Below are positions 9,678 through 18,013 of a DNA stretch of 64,000 bases, one piece after another (the stretch's first letter is position 1; every line of letters starts with the position of its first letter). A model generated the notes under the pieces. That model ran no database searches, had not been told where the DNA came from, and worked only from the letters and a program-made list of their open reading frames with translations. The stretch is from an uncultured Candidatus Saccharibacteria bacterium (GTDB taxonomy: Bacteria; Patescibacteriota; Minisyncoccia; Phycocordibacterales; UBA918), in contig CAZXUO010000003.1 of the NCBI GenBank assembly GCA_964643955.1, positions 19,865 through 83,864 on the forward strand, in the 5' to 3' direction. Position numbers and translations under genes: made by a program.

Positions 9678-9702
9678 GGTCGCCGCGCGAACGCGCGGCG
9701 AC
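9678..9702. terminator. Bidirectional GC hairpin terminator between pyrG (+) and a small minus-strand gene
   Basis: gtcgccgcgcg-aac-gcgcggcgac; flanked by A-run on the plus side and T-run on the minus side. Confidence 0.6.
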
Positions 9703-9713
9703 CAAGGCGCCGG

Positions 9714-9914
9714 TCATGCCGGTGCTCGCTCCTGCTCGACGAGACGGGGACTGGTCGAGCTGGTCGACATTCCCGCGTCGTGTGCCGGCTTGAAGGCATG
9801 GTCCCCCATCAGGCGCGGGAGCGTGTCGTGCTCCTCGCTCGTCCGGCCGCAGATGGCGCCTGTCTTCGGGTCGCGGTGCTGGCAGAGCTGTCCTCTCATG
9901 GCACTCTCCATCAT
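9714..9914 (-). CDS. Small hypothetical protein (66 aa) inside a ~63%-GC islet
   Basis: Own −10 (TATACT) and a GGAGA Shine-Dalgarno 6 nt before the ATG on the minus strand. Terminated by the bidirectional hairpin. Local GC is well above the ~50% window average. Confidence 0.4.
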   Translation of the reverse strand: MMESAMRGQLCQHRDPKTGAICGRTSEEHDTLPRLMGDHAFKPAHDAGMSTSSTSPRLVEQERAPA

Positions 9915-10017
9915 TCAGCTGGCGATAGTATGCCACATTTTCGCCAGCGCGCCATATGTTTGAGTGGAGCGCATTTTGATGTATTCTGAAGCCGTGGCAT
10001 TTTGCCATATATTTCAT

Positions 10018-10088
10018 TGCGGGATCGTCTAATGGTAGGACACTGGGTTTTGGTCCCAGGTATCTAGGTTCGAGTCCTAGTCCCGCAG
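10018..10088 (+). tRNA. tRNA-Gln (anticodon UUG)
   Basis: Acceptor tgcggga/tcccgca; D-arm gtct-aatggta-ggac; anticodon stem ctggg/cccag with loop ttTTGgt; T-arm ctagg-ttcgagt-cctag. No CCA. Confidence 0.8.
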
Positions 10089-10236
10089 CAGTCATGTGAG
10101 ATAGACTGAGACACCTAAACCAGTCATATTTCTCAAAGTATTTTTTGAACGAGTCATGGACACGAACCCTCATTATTTTCCTTGAAATTAAAACATCCAT
10201 ATTTCAAGGCGTTCTCTAGGTTCGTGCCCTAGAGAC
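10085..10236 (+). repeat. Repeat copy A: 75-bp core (10085–10159) abutting the tRNA-Gln 3' end, followed by a degenerate duplicate of the tRNA T-arm (ctctaggttcgtgccctagag, 10214–10236)
   Basis: Core gcagcagtcatgtgagatagactgagacAcctaaaCcagtcatatttctcaaagtattttttgaacgagtcatgg is 73/75 identical to copy B. Flanks ggttcgagtcc / ggacacgaacc are inverted. Confidence 0.7.
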
Positions 10237-10327
10237 TTTTTATCTTGCGACAGAAGCGATCCGTTTATCCGATAAATTTGAATTATTTTATTTATCGCGT
10301 CCATACTTCTGTTACAATTATTCGGTC

Positions 10328-12412
10328 ATGGAACTTTTTTCATACATGGGGCTGCACACAGCCTATCTATTTATCTTTTCGATTGGGCTAGCGCTTGGCA
10401 TTGGCGCGTCAGCTCTGAGTTACGCACTCTTTCTATTTGCAGGGCGAGACGGGCGCATATCGAAGGATGAGTTGGCTCTACTTTCGCTTTCTCGCAAGAC
10501 GGTATGGACTGCGTTTCTTTTGTATGGATTTAGTGGTATAGGGCTTTTCTCGCTCGCCTATGAATCAATGCTCTCTCTCGGCATCTTTTACGCAAGTATG
10601 ACGGTCGCGGCAATTCTTGTCGCGACCGAGCTTGCGTTTAGCTTCCGACATTTACCACGCGTACGGGATACGCGAGATGGAAGCGTGGCTCTTGATGCGT
10701 TCCTTCTCGAGAGCGGAGTCATCTCTGTCATTTCGTGGGTATTTCTTATGTTCCATCACGTAATCTATCGGACCGACATTGGCTATTTTGCGTTCATGGC
10801 TCTCTACACGGGCGCGCTTGCATTCGGGATGCTTGTTACGTGGGTAATCAGGCGCACGTCCATTCGTAGAAGCGATACGAAGATACTGAAGCGATCCATG
10901 ATTGCCGCGATTATGCTCGCGATCTGCTTTGGTGCCGCGTGGTTATTGGGTATCAGTACAATTGTCGATCCAGCGCAGATTGGAAAGGGTATCGTGCAGA
11001 ATGTAACTGGTACGAATTATACTGTTGACGACGTAGCACTCCACAACAACTCAGAGGACTGCTGGCTCATTATTGACGGCAAGGTATTCAATGCGACCGA
11101 GGCTTCAAAGCTGCACCCAGCCATGTTTGCGTGTGGTACTGATGTGAGCCTTAATTACCACAAGAATCACGGAGAGATTATTCGTGACAAGATGATGAAG
11201 TTCTATATCGGTGAACTTGGGGACGAGACCGGTGTTAAAAATGTTGACATTCCCTTTAAAAAACATGAGAACTTGAAGCCCTATCGCGAGCTGTATGCAA
11301 AGGAAGGTACGTGGGATCCCCATAATCTGATGCTCGTTGTTGAGAAAGATGAGGAAAAGCTCTTGGCGATAGATGGGTCGACGCATGAACTAGTCGGCCG
11401 GATCCATGAAGTTGGATTTCAGCCGCACACCTCGGTTTTCTCGTCGGATGCCGTATACATGTTCATCATCTCTCGCGACGGCTGGCTCACTAAGATCGAC
11501 CTTCGAACGCTCGAGCTGGTACGGACGGTGCATGTTGGGGAGAACTCGCGCGGCACCGCTCTTACGGATAATGACAAGTACGTCGCAATTGGAAACTACG
11601 CTCCGGGCAACCTGGTCATTCTCGACGCTGACACTATGGAGATGAAAAAGACTATACCCCTTGTCGAAGAGGTGAATGGAAAGGCCATTGAATCGCGCGC
11701 GGGCGCAGTCGTAGAGGATGGCAATCGCATTATCGTAGCACTAAAAGACGCTACGAGTGTCTGGGCGATTGATACAGACAATCCAGATTTCCCCGTCACA
11801 CATAAATTTAGAGACATTGGAGATAATGTCCCCGCACTGCACGATGCGTTTCTAACGCCAGGAGGATCGCACTACATAGTCGCCTCCCAAGGATCAAAGA
11901 CTGCATGGGTTCTCGATCTTGCGACTATGAAGCCGATTGCTGAAGTGGAGACTGGAGAGACGCCGCACACGGGTCCTGGAGCCGCGTGGGGTAACTACAT
12001 CTACATTCCTTCGCTTGGAGAAGGTCTCATCACCGTCATTGATACGACTACCTGGAAGACAGCCAAGTACATAAAGACAGGTGGCCCGGGGTTATTTGTG
12101 CGCAGCTACAGCAAGGATCCGTCGTATCCGTATGTATGGGCAGATACAGCATTTGGCGACCGCAAGGATGAGATATACGTTATCGATGGGCGAGTGAATG
12201 AGATAGTAAAGACCATCATTCCCGTGAAGGGAGAGAGCTCATGGCACCCAGAATTTACGTACGATGGAAAATTCGTGTACGTTGTCTCACCTTCGGCAAA
12301 TGAAGTTGAAGTATATGATGCGTACACGTTTGAGTTGATAAAACGCATTCCATCACAGATGCCATCAGCTATATCGAATGTGGGCCTTCGTATTGAGGAG
12401 CCGGGACTCTAA
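10328..12412 (+). CDS. Membrane-anchored cytochrome b5-like / cd1-nitrite-reductase-type (NirS/NirN/NirF-like) d1 beta-propeller fusion protein
   Basis: ~215-aa N-terminal multi-TM region. Then a cyt-b5-like heme domain ('LHNNSEDCWLIIDGKVFNATEASKLHPAMFACG', both axial His positions present). Then ~390 aa that align by eye to the NirS d1 domain ('FIISRDGWLTKIDL', 'YVAIGNYAPGNLVILDADTME', 'ETGETPHTGPGAAWGNYIY', 'GGPGLFVRSYSKDPSYPYVWADTAF'). Extended −10 TGTTACAAT lies 9 nt before the ATG. Confidence 0.6.
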   Translation: MELFSYMGLHTAYLFIFSIGLALGIGASALSYALFLFAGRDGRISKDELALLSLSRKTVWTAFLLYGFSGIGLFSLAYESMLSLGIFYASMTVAAILVATELAFSFRHLPRVRDTRDGSVALDAFLLESGVISVISWVFLMFHHVIYRTDIGYFAFMALYTGALAFGMLVTWVIRRTSIRRSDTKILKRSMIAAIMLAICFGAAWLLGISTIVDPAQIGKGIVQNVTGTNYTVDDVALHNNSEDCWLIIDGKVFNATEASKLHPAMFACGTDVSLNYHKNHGEIIRDKMMKFYIGELGDETGVKNVDIPFKKHENLKPYRELYAKEGTWDPHNLMLVVEKDEEKLLAIDGSTHELVGRIHEVGFQPHTSVFSSDAVYMFIISRDGWLTKIDLRTLELVRTVHVGENSRGTALTDNDKYVAIGNYAPGNLVILDADTMEMKKTIPLVEEVNGKAIESRAGAVVEDGNRIIVALKDATSVWAIDTDNPDFPVTHKFRDIGDNVPALHDAFLTPGGSHYIVASQGSKTAWVLDLATMKPIAEVETGETPHTGPGAAWGNYIYIPSLGEGLITVIDTTTWKTAKYIKTGGPGLFVRSYSKDPSYPYVWADTAFGDRKDEIYVIDGRVNEIVKTIIPVKGESSWHPEFTYDGKFVYVVSPSANEVEVYDAYTFELIKRIPSQMPSAISNVGLRIEEPGL

Positions 12413-12439
12413 TTTAAGCACTGAACTATTTTGCGTTTC

Positions 12440-12595
12440 GGTTCTAGACCGAGACGGTTTCGAGTCCCTGTCGGGCAGCAGTCATGTGAGATAGACTGAG
12501 ACGCCTAAATCAGTCATATTTCTCAAAGTATTTTTTGAACGAGTCATGGGCTCGAACCGTCTCGGGAGGGTGTCCTAGACGGGTCGTAAAATGAT
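12440..12595 (+). repeat. Repeat copy B: 75-bp core (12475–12549) enclosed by ~17-bp inverted flanks (ccgagacggtttcgagtcc / ggctcgaaccgtctcgg)
   Basis: Core is 97% identical to copy A. Flanks contain the T-loop-like 'ttcgagtcc' and 'tctagac' motifs. Confidence 0.7.
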
Positions 12596-12606
12596 ACGAT
12601 GTAGTT

Positions 12607-13638
12607 ATGCAAAAGCTTTCTAAATTATCAAAGGGAGACAAAGTGGCGATTCTTTCGCCAAGCTTTGCTGCGCCGGGTCGTTTCCCTGAAGTCTACAAAC
12701 TCGGATTGGAACGATTGCAGCAGGTTTTCGGACTCGTACCAGTTGAGTATCCAACTACAGCGAAACTCGGGGCTTCCGCTGAAGATAGAACCGCTGATCT
12801 CATTGAGGCTTTCGAAGACCCAGAAATCAAAGCCGTGATCGCAACTATTGGCGGCAACGACCAAGTTACCTATGTAAAAAATCTTCCACCAGAACCTTTC
12901 GTACAGAATCCAAAGTCTTTCTTTGGCTATAGTGACAACTCGCACCTTGCAAACTTCCTCTTCTTGAACGGCATTCCGTCATACTACGGCGGTTCAATTT
13001 TCACTCAATACGCTATGCAGGGTGAAATGGATGACTTTACTGTCGAATATCTTAAGCATGCTCTCTTTGACGAAGGAGAATTTGAACTCAAGGCATCCGA
13101 AACATACAACGACATGGGATTGAGTTGGGATGATTCTTCACTTCTTAAAACCAAGCGTCAGCACTGGCCGAACGAAGGCATGGTCTGGGACGGATCAGTT
13201 AATACCGAAGGATTGCTTTGGGGTGGCTGTGTTGAATCGGTCGATGAGATGTTACGTCATGGAGTGCCGATTCCGAGCCTCGAACAGTTTGAGAAAATCG
13301 TGTTAATGCTTGAGACCTCTGAAGAGATACCAAGTGCGGACTACGTATTCCGCGTTATGCGTGCGCTAGGTGAGCGCGGCATACTGGGACGGGTTCAAGG
13401 TGTCCTGATAGGACGAGCGAAAGCTTGGGAATTCGATAAGCCCAATTCATCAGAAGCAAAGACGGCGTACTGCAAAGAACAGCAGGAGACAATTCTTAAG
13501 GCAGTACGTTCGTATAACAAGACTGTTCCAGTGCTTCAGAACATGAATTTCGGACATACTGATCCTCAAATACCAATGCCGTACGGCGGTAAAGTACGAA
13601 TTGAGGGCGTAAATAAAAGGATCTTTTCCAGTTTCTAA
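12607..13638 (+). CDS. LD-carboxypeptidase (peptidase S66, LdcA/MccF-like)
   Basis: N-terminal 'GDKVAILSPSFAAP…TADLIEAFEDPEIKAVIATIGG' matches the S66 family signature; 343 aa. Confidence 0.7.
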   Translation: MQKLSKLSKGDKVAILSPSFAAPGRFPEVYKLGLERLQQVFGLVPVEYPTTAKLGASAEDRTADLIEAFEDPEIKAVIATIGGNDQVTYVKNLPPEPFVQNPKSFFGYSDNSHLANFLFLNGIPSYYGGSIFTQYAMQGEMDDFTVEYLKHALFDEGEFELKASETYNDMGLSWDDSSLLKTKRQHWPNEGMVWDGSVNTEGLLWGGCVESVDEMLRHGVPIPSLEQFEKIVLMLETSEEIPSADYVFRVMRALGERGILGRVQGVLIGRAKAWEFDKPNSSEAKTAYCKEQQETILKAVRSYNKTVPVLQNMNFGHTDPQIPMPYGGKVRIEGVNKRIFSSF

Positions 13639-13639
13639 G

Positions 13640-13757
13640 TCGCACCAGTCATGTGCGACCGAGAAGGTTCTAGACCGAAGAACACAGCAGCCATGTGAGA
13701 CCGACCGAGACGCTGATTATCGAGGATAGTAGTTCGCACCAGTCATGGGCACGAACT
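13640..13757 (+). repeat. Repeat copy C (diverged)
   Basis: Shares 'cagtcatgtg', 'ggttctagaccgaag', 'cagccatgtgagaccgaccgagacg' and 'cagtcatgggcacgaac' blocks with copies A and B. Confidence 0.5.
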
Positions 13758-13898
13758 TGTCCAGAATCAGCATTCGGAGTCTCCAGGTACTATTCCGAAA
13801 ATCGCATACCCGGTGAGTCCAGTATCCAGACAGAAAAACCACCTGCATGGGTGGTTTTTCTGTCCCGCTTGCGAATCCCTAACAGGGGGCGTCCTGTA

Positions 13899-14429
13899 CT
13901 AACAGGTTCTGCTAACGACACGCTGCGCGCCTGCACGCTTCTGCAACATGGCGAACACCCACTCAAATACTCCCAGAAGAGAAGCTGCGTAAAATAAGTC
14001 CCCGATAAACATATTTCTTAGAAACGGCAGACCGGCGACATAGGAAGCGATAAGGCCTTCAAGCGTCGGCGGATACCACGAAGAAGCAGCCCATACGGCA
14101 AAGTTCGTCACGAGGAAGAAGAGTATGGAGGAAGCCATGACAAGAAGCATGACCGTCGCGGGTCGCGTTCCTCGGGCGAGGATACCCACACCGCCAATCA
14201 CTGCAATGGATCCGTAGACGCTTAAGAGCACCTTCCAATCGTAGAATCCGATGACCAAATCTGCAGCGACCATTACGATAAGAGGAATGGCGATGGCCCA
14301 TAGAGGCCCGACATATTTTCCCGCAGCAAATGCGATTGCGGTCACGGGGGTTGTGTTAGGTGGGTGCGGCGCAAGCCGTCCGAGAAGGCCGACCCCTATA
14401 AGTCCTAGAATAGAGAGGAATGTCTTCAT
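13899..14429 (-). CDS. Small multi-TM membrane protein, putative ECF-type S-component (CbrT-like); start taken at the internal Met (MKTFLSIL)
   Basis: ~176 aa with 5–6 TM, the size and topology of an ECF S-component. Abuts the DUF4430 gene with a 1-nt spacer. The tool's longer ORF (to 14513) would overlap the upstream gene. Confidence 0.45.
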   Translation of the reverse strand: MKTFLSILGLIGVGLLGRLAPHPPNTTPVTAIAFAAGKYVGPLWAIAIPLIVMVAADLVIGFYDWKVLLSVYGSIAVIGGVGILARGTRPATVMLLVMASSILFFLVTNFAVWAASSWYPPTLEGLIASYVAGLPFLRNMFIGDLFYAASLLGVFEWVFAMLQKRAGAQRVVSRTC

Positions 14430-14430
14430 A

Positions 14431-15072
14431 CTAGAATCCCTTGAATTCCCAGACCACTGCCTTTCCGTCTGTAAGTTCGTACTGGTCTGCCCCGACCATC
14501 GGCGTTTCTCCATCCACCTGATACTGCCAGTAGTTCCCGTCGGTACCGTTTACAAGTCCGCCCATCGCGGTCACCAATATCCCCATATCTCCGTAGTCCT
14601 CGGTCGCAAGGTCAAGGTCCGGGTCAGTTGCATCGAGGCGTGTCAGAAGTTCAAGCACAGTTTCGCCGCTCTCGATTGGCGTGGTCGTTGCTTCGTATAC
14701 GCCTTCGATGGTGAGTGTTACGGTGTCGACCTCCTCTTCTTCCGTTTCGGTTTCGTTCGTGTACGTATTGTTCGTGACGTAATACGTGCGCGAAGTACGT
14801 GAACTCTCGTTGGATGTTTGGGCTGGCGCAGACTCCGTTGTAGCAAGCGTAGAGGTAGCAATTATCACATTGACTGTGATGACTGGTGGTGCTAGTTGGG
14901 GGGACGAGTTCTCAATGATAATTGGAGCGGTTGAGGGCGTTGACGTTGAAGTTACAAACACTTGAATGGGTGGTGTCTGTACGTCCGCTCTCGTACCGTT
15001 GCCATAGGTGAAGAGAAGTCCCACGACAAGAGTGAAGACTGAGAATACTGCGAGCCATGTGTAATCTTTCAT
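14431..15072 (-). CDS. Membrane-anchored surface protein with C-terminal DUF4430 domain (transcobalamin-like B12-binding fold)
   Basis: N-terminal TM, Thr/Ser-rich linker, then 'ILVTAMGGLVNGTDGNYWQYQVDGETPMVGADQYELTDGKAVVWEF' typical of DUF4430. Confidence 0.6.
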   Translation of the reverse strand: MKDYTWLAVFSVFTLVVGLLFTYGNGTRADVQTPPIQVFVTSTSTPSTAPIIIENSSPQLAPPVITVNVIIATSTLATTESAPAQTSNESSRTSRTYYVTNNTYTNETETEEEEVDTVTLTIEGVYEATTTPIESGETVLELLTRLDATDPDLDLATEDYGDMGILVTAMGGLVNGTDGNYWQYQVDGETPMVGADQYELTDGKAVVWEFKGF

Positions 15073-15090
15073 AAAGAGTGCGCTAGGGTG

Positions 15091-15612
15091 CTAATAAGTA
15101 GGCGACTTCTCTGCGTTTCCGCTTGTCTGCGCATCACGCCGCGCAAGCGCATAGAAGAAACTTGAGAGCCGATTGAGGAATGCGTTGAGCTCGATTGAAT
15201 CTTCTAGGCGTGCCCGCACGACTGCGCGTTCGGTTCGCCGCGTCACGGTTCGGGCGAAATCAAAGAGGGCTGAAAGCATGGTCGCGCCAGGGACGACAAA
15301 TGATGTTGGCTTCTCTATGGTCGTTTCGATAGAGTCGATGACGGTCTCAAGTGCGTTTACATGCGTATTCGTCACTCGCATCGTCGAACCGGCAAGCTGC
15401 GCTTGCGCGATGAAAAGAACTTCCTGTACCTGCTCTAGTTCATCCGCAGTTTCCTTATGGTCTTCGCGTACATATGCTTTGCAGAGCCCGGTGAGTGAAT
15501 TGAGCTCGTCGATGCTACCTAAAGCTTCAAACAAGGGGTGGTCCTTCGAAACACGCTCCTTAGTTCCAAAGAGTCCTGATGTACCGTTATCTCCTTTGCG
15601 GGTGTACAACAT
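15091..15612 (-). CDS. ATP:cob(I)alamin adenosyltransferase, PduO type
   Basis: N-terminal 'MLYTRKGDNGTSGLFG' matches the PduO-type 'IYTRTGDxGxT' motif; 173 aa. Confidence 0.8.
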   Translation of the reverse strand: MLYTRKGDNGTSGLFGTKERVSKDHPLFEALGSIDELNSLTGLCKAYVREDHKETADELEQVQEVLFIAQAQLAGSTMRVTNTHVNALETVIDSIETTIEKPTSFVVPGATMLSALFDFARTVTRRTERAVVRARLEDSIELNAFLNRLSSFFYALARRDAQTSGNAEKSPTY

Positions 15613-15616
15613 ATTT

Positions 15617-17956
15617 TTACTGTGTTGCGGCTGCTTCTAACGATTCGACAGGTAGCGTCATATCGACCTCGCATGTACCGCCAGCACAGGCTAGCTCGCG
15701 CTTTTGTTCCGTTTCGTCCGCATGTTCATACACGAGTAACTTCGAGTAATCAACAGCAGGTATTTTTTTTGCCATTTCCTCGTACTGTTCTTTAGTAATC
15801 GTCTCGTACGGTGCAAGTCGATAGACATGATCGAAGCGCGGTAGGAACGAAAGCCCGCCGATGATATCCCAATTCTTTTGCACCCAGTCAACAACGCTAA
15901 TCCACTCATCTTCTCCGACTGATATCGTCGCAGATGGATTGTGCTCTGTGTAATTGAGTTTGACCGTTTTCCAGTATTCGAGTTGTTCGAGCGCTGAGAA
16001 GTCGTCCTTGAATCTAGCGTTTCCTGGAGACTCAATCGGGAATTCTAAGACAAAAGTCGTCGCGTTCTCTTCTGTCTGGCCGACTTCCGGATGGTAGGGA
16101 ACTCCTTGATCTTTCAGCATTTTGAATAGAGAGTCGGTTGCTGATATGCGCACGCGCCGAATGTAATATTTTGCATGACGCGGATGAATACCAGAAGAGC
16201 AGTTGAATGTTTGCGAGACTGTTCCCGAGGGTTTTACAGCAGTAACTGAGAGGGATGGCTTAATCCCAAAACGTTTCGCATACACCTCATTGGTTCTGAC
16301 AGCTATGTCGCGCATTGCCTGCATTGCCTCGGGATTGCGTGCTGTCTCGGAATCCCACTGTCCCGTTACGGAAACTCCTAAAAGACGTTCCTCTTCGCAA
16401 TGTTCCGTCCAATCCTTGGAGATGTAGTTAAAGCGTGACAAAGAAGACTGATATGTACCAAGAAGCGATGCCAACCGGGCCTTTCGCACCAAGCTCTCAA
16501 GAGTGTCATCTTCGCGAGCGATAATTTCCGATAGATTACAGAACTGTTTCGATTGCAGAATAATCTCGCCGCATGGGTTAGTGCCTATAGGCCCCTGCAC
16601 CACACCATCTTCGCCGATGAATCCAACACTTTTGAAATACTTTTCACGTCGCTTCGGTAATGTATTTGCAAGCGATCCACGATTAAAGATTCCTCGTTCA
16701 CCAGATCCGCTTTTCATCAGGGCGACCCACTCTTCCATGAGTTCATTACTCGTCGGTCTCGTTCCATACACAGCTGAATTGTTCGCAACAGAACGATGCG
16801 GTTCCGCGAGGAAGAACTGGCCCTTTTTTGCATCACGCATATCAACGTCATCGAGGTCGGAGAGGCTGATCATGGCAGTTCGCCGCACGCCTCCCGACAC
16901 AACGCACTCGCCGATTTTGCATACGATGTCGTGGACATCAATCGGGCGCAGTCGTCTGCCTTGTCGTCTCAATATCTTTTCGCGTGCAAAAGCGAGAAGC
17001 GACTGAAGCGGTTCCGGTCCGGATGCTTTGCCTCCCATTGTTTTCAAACGTGCACCTGCCGGACGAATAAGGGAAAAATCAAAATTTATATCATTTCCTG
17101 CGTACCAAGTTTTGAGTCCAAGTGTTAGCGCGTCGCACCATCCCTCTTTGGAATCTGCTACGGCATGGGTCGGTAACTTTTTCTTTTGAGACTGTTTCTG
17201 TATTTGAGGCAGCTGTTCTATATTCTGGCTTTCAACTGCGAACCCAACACCGCATCCTTGCATGGAAAGATACATAATCTCCGCGAAGTCTTGGAGAGCT
17301 GCCGGAGCAATAAATGTGCAGTTATAGGCGCAAGTATTACAGCGACGCGCAGGTTCGCCCGCAAACTGCATCAGGCGCATTGAAGGCATGACCTCTTGCT
17401 TGAGAATTGCTTCACGCACTTCTGTGTACTCTTCTTCAGAGAGCTTATCGCCAAGATTCTCGCGCATAAACGCTACATAACGATCCACCGTCTCAACCCA
17501 TGTCTCGCGTCGCTTTTCGGCATCAATCCAGCGAGCATACGTGCGCAGGTAGACAAATTCACCCAGAGGGTTTCCTGCAAAGTATTTTTTGCTTTCCGCA
17601 GTCAAAGCACGAACATGATCTGGCACTTCACCTATTTCAAACCGCTTCTCTGCGCGCTCAGCACGGTACAAAATATATGCCTTTGCTGATTTAAGAAAGC
17701 CAAGCATCATAAGTTCTGTTTCTACTTCGTCCTGCACACCTTCAACGGTAGGGACAAAGTGCTCGTCGGCGCGTTTCTTTGCTTCGAGTTTCTTTTCAAC
17801 TGCACGAGCAACCGTCTTCATGGCGCTTTCCTCAAATTCACCAACTGATCTCATTGCTTTACTGATTGCAACTGCGATCTTCTCCCTCTCAAAGGGAACA
17901 GTGGTACCATTTCGCTTTATAATGCAGGTAATTTTGGGGAAAGTGGTTTGCGACAT
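15617..17956 (-). CDS. nrdJ: Ribonucleotide reductase class II (adenosylcobalamin-dependent, NrdJ) with N-terminal ATP-cone
   Basis: ATP-cone 'IKRNGTTVPFEREKIAVAI', 'LRTYARW', active-site 'TNPCGEI', C-terminal Cys pair 'CAGGTCEVD'; 779 aa. Confidence 0.85.
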   Translation of the reverse strand: MSQTTFPKITCIIKRNGTTVPFEREKIAVAISKAMRSVGEFEESAMKTVARAVEKKLEAKKRADEHFVPTVEGVQDEVETELMMLGFLKSAKAYILYRAERAEKRFEIGEVPDHVRALTAESKKYFAGNPLGEFVYLRTYARWIDAEKRRETWVETVDRYVAFMRENLGDKLSEEEYTEVREAILKQEVMPSMRLMQFAGEPARRCNTCAYNCTFIAPAALQDFAEIMYLSMQGCGVGFAVESQNIEQLPQIQKQSQKKKLPTHAVADSKEGWCDALTLGLKTWYAGNDINFDFSLIRPAGARLKTMGGKASGPEPLQSLLAFAREKILRRQGRRLRPIDVHDIVCKIGECVVSGGVRRTAMISLSDLDDVDMRDAKKGQFFLAEPHRSVANNSAVYGTRPTSNELMEEWVALMKSGSGERGIFNRGSLANTLPKRREKYFKSVGFIGEDGVVQGPIGTNPCGEIILQSKQFCNLSEIIAREDDTLESLVRKARLASLLGTYQSSLSRFNYISKDWTEHCEEERLLGVSVTGQWDSETARNPEAMQAMRDIAVRTNEVYAKRFGIKPSLSVTAVKPSGTVSQTFNCSSGIHPRHAKYYIRRVRISATDSLFKMLKDQGVPYHPEVGQTEENATTFVLEFPIESPGNARFKDDFSALEQLEYWKTVKLNYTEHNPSATISVGEDEWISVVDWVQKNWDIIGGLSFLPRFDHVYRLAPYETITKEQYEEMAKKIPAVDYSKLLVYEHADETEQKRELACAGGTCEVDMTLPVESLEAAATQ

Positions 17957-18013
17957 ATCGATGAATACGTTATATTGATAATGGTCTATGTATTATAATA
18001 TAGATGAGTATCT
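17957..18013. promoter_or_regulatory. AT-rich divergent promoter region between nrdJ (−) and the arsR–nirK operon (+)
   Basis: 57 bp with a palindromic 'tattataata' usable as −10 in both directions. No Shine-Dalgarno on either side. Confidence 0.5.

Noticed and set aside
9595-10200. 201-aa minus-strand ORF spanning the pyrG 3' end, GC islet and tRNA-Gln
   Set aside because: Overlaps a tRNA, a terminator and the pyrG coding end; Arg/Gly/Pro-rich composition driven by local GC.
12421-12475. Second tRNA gene upstream of repeat copy B (T-loop-like 'ggtttcgagtccctgtcgggca')
   Set aside because: No acceptor-stem partner, D-arm or anticodon arm can be folded from the preceding 80 nt. Interpreted as the left inverted flank of the repeat, possibly tRNA-derived.
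14251-14802. 183-aa plus-strand ORF
   Set aside because: Antisense to the S-component-like and DUF4430 genes; no motif; Arg/Cys-rich.
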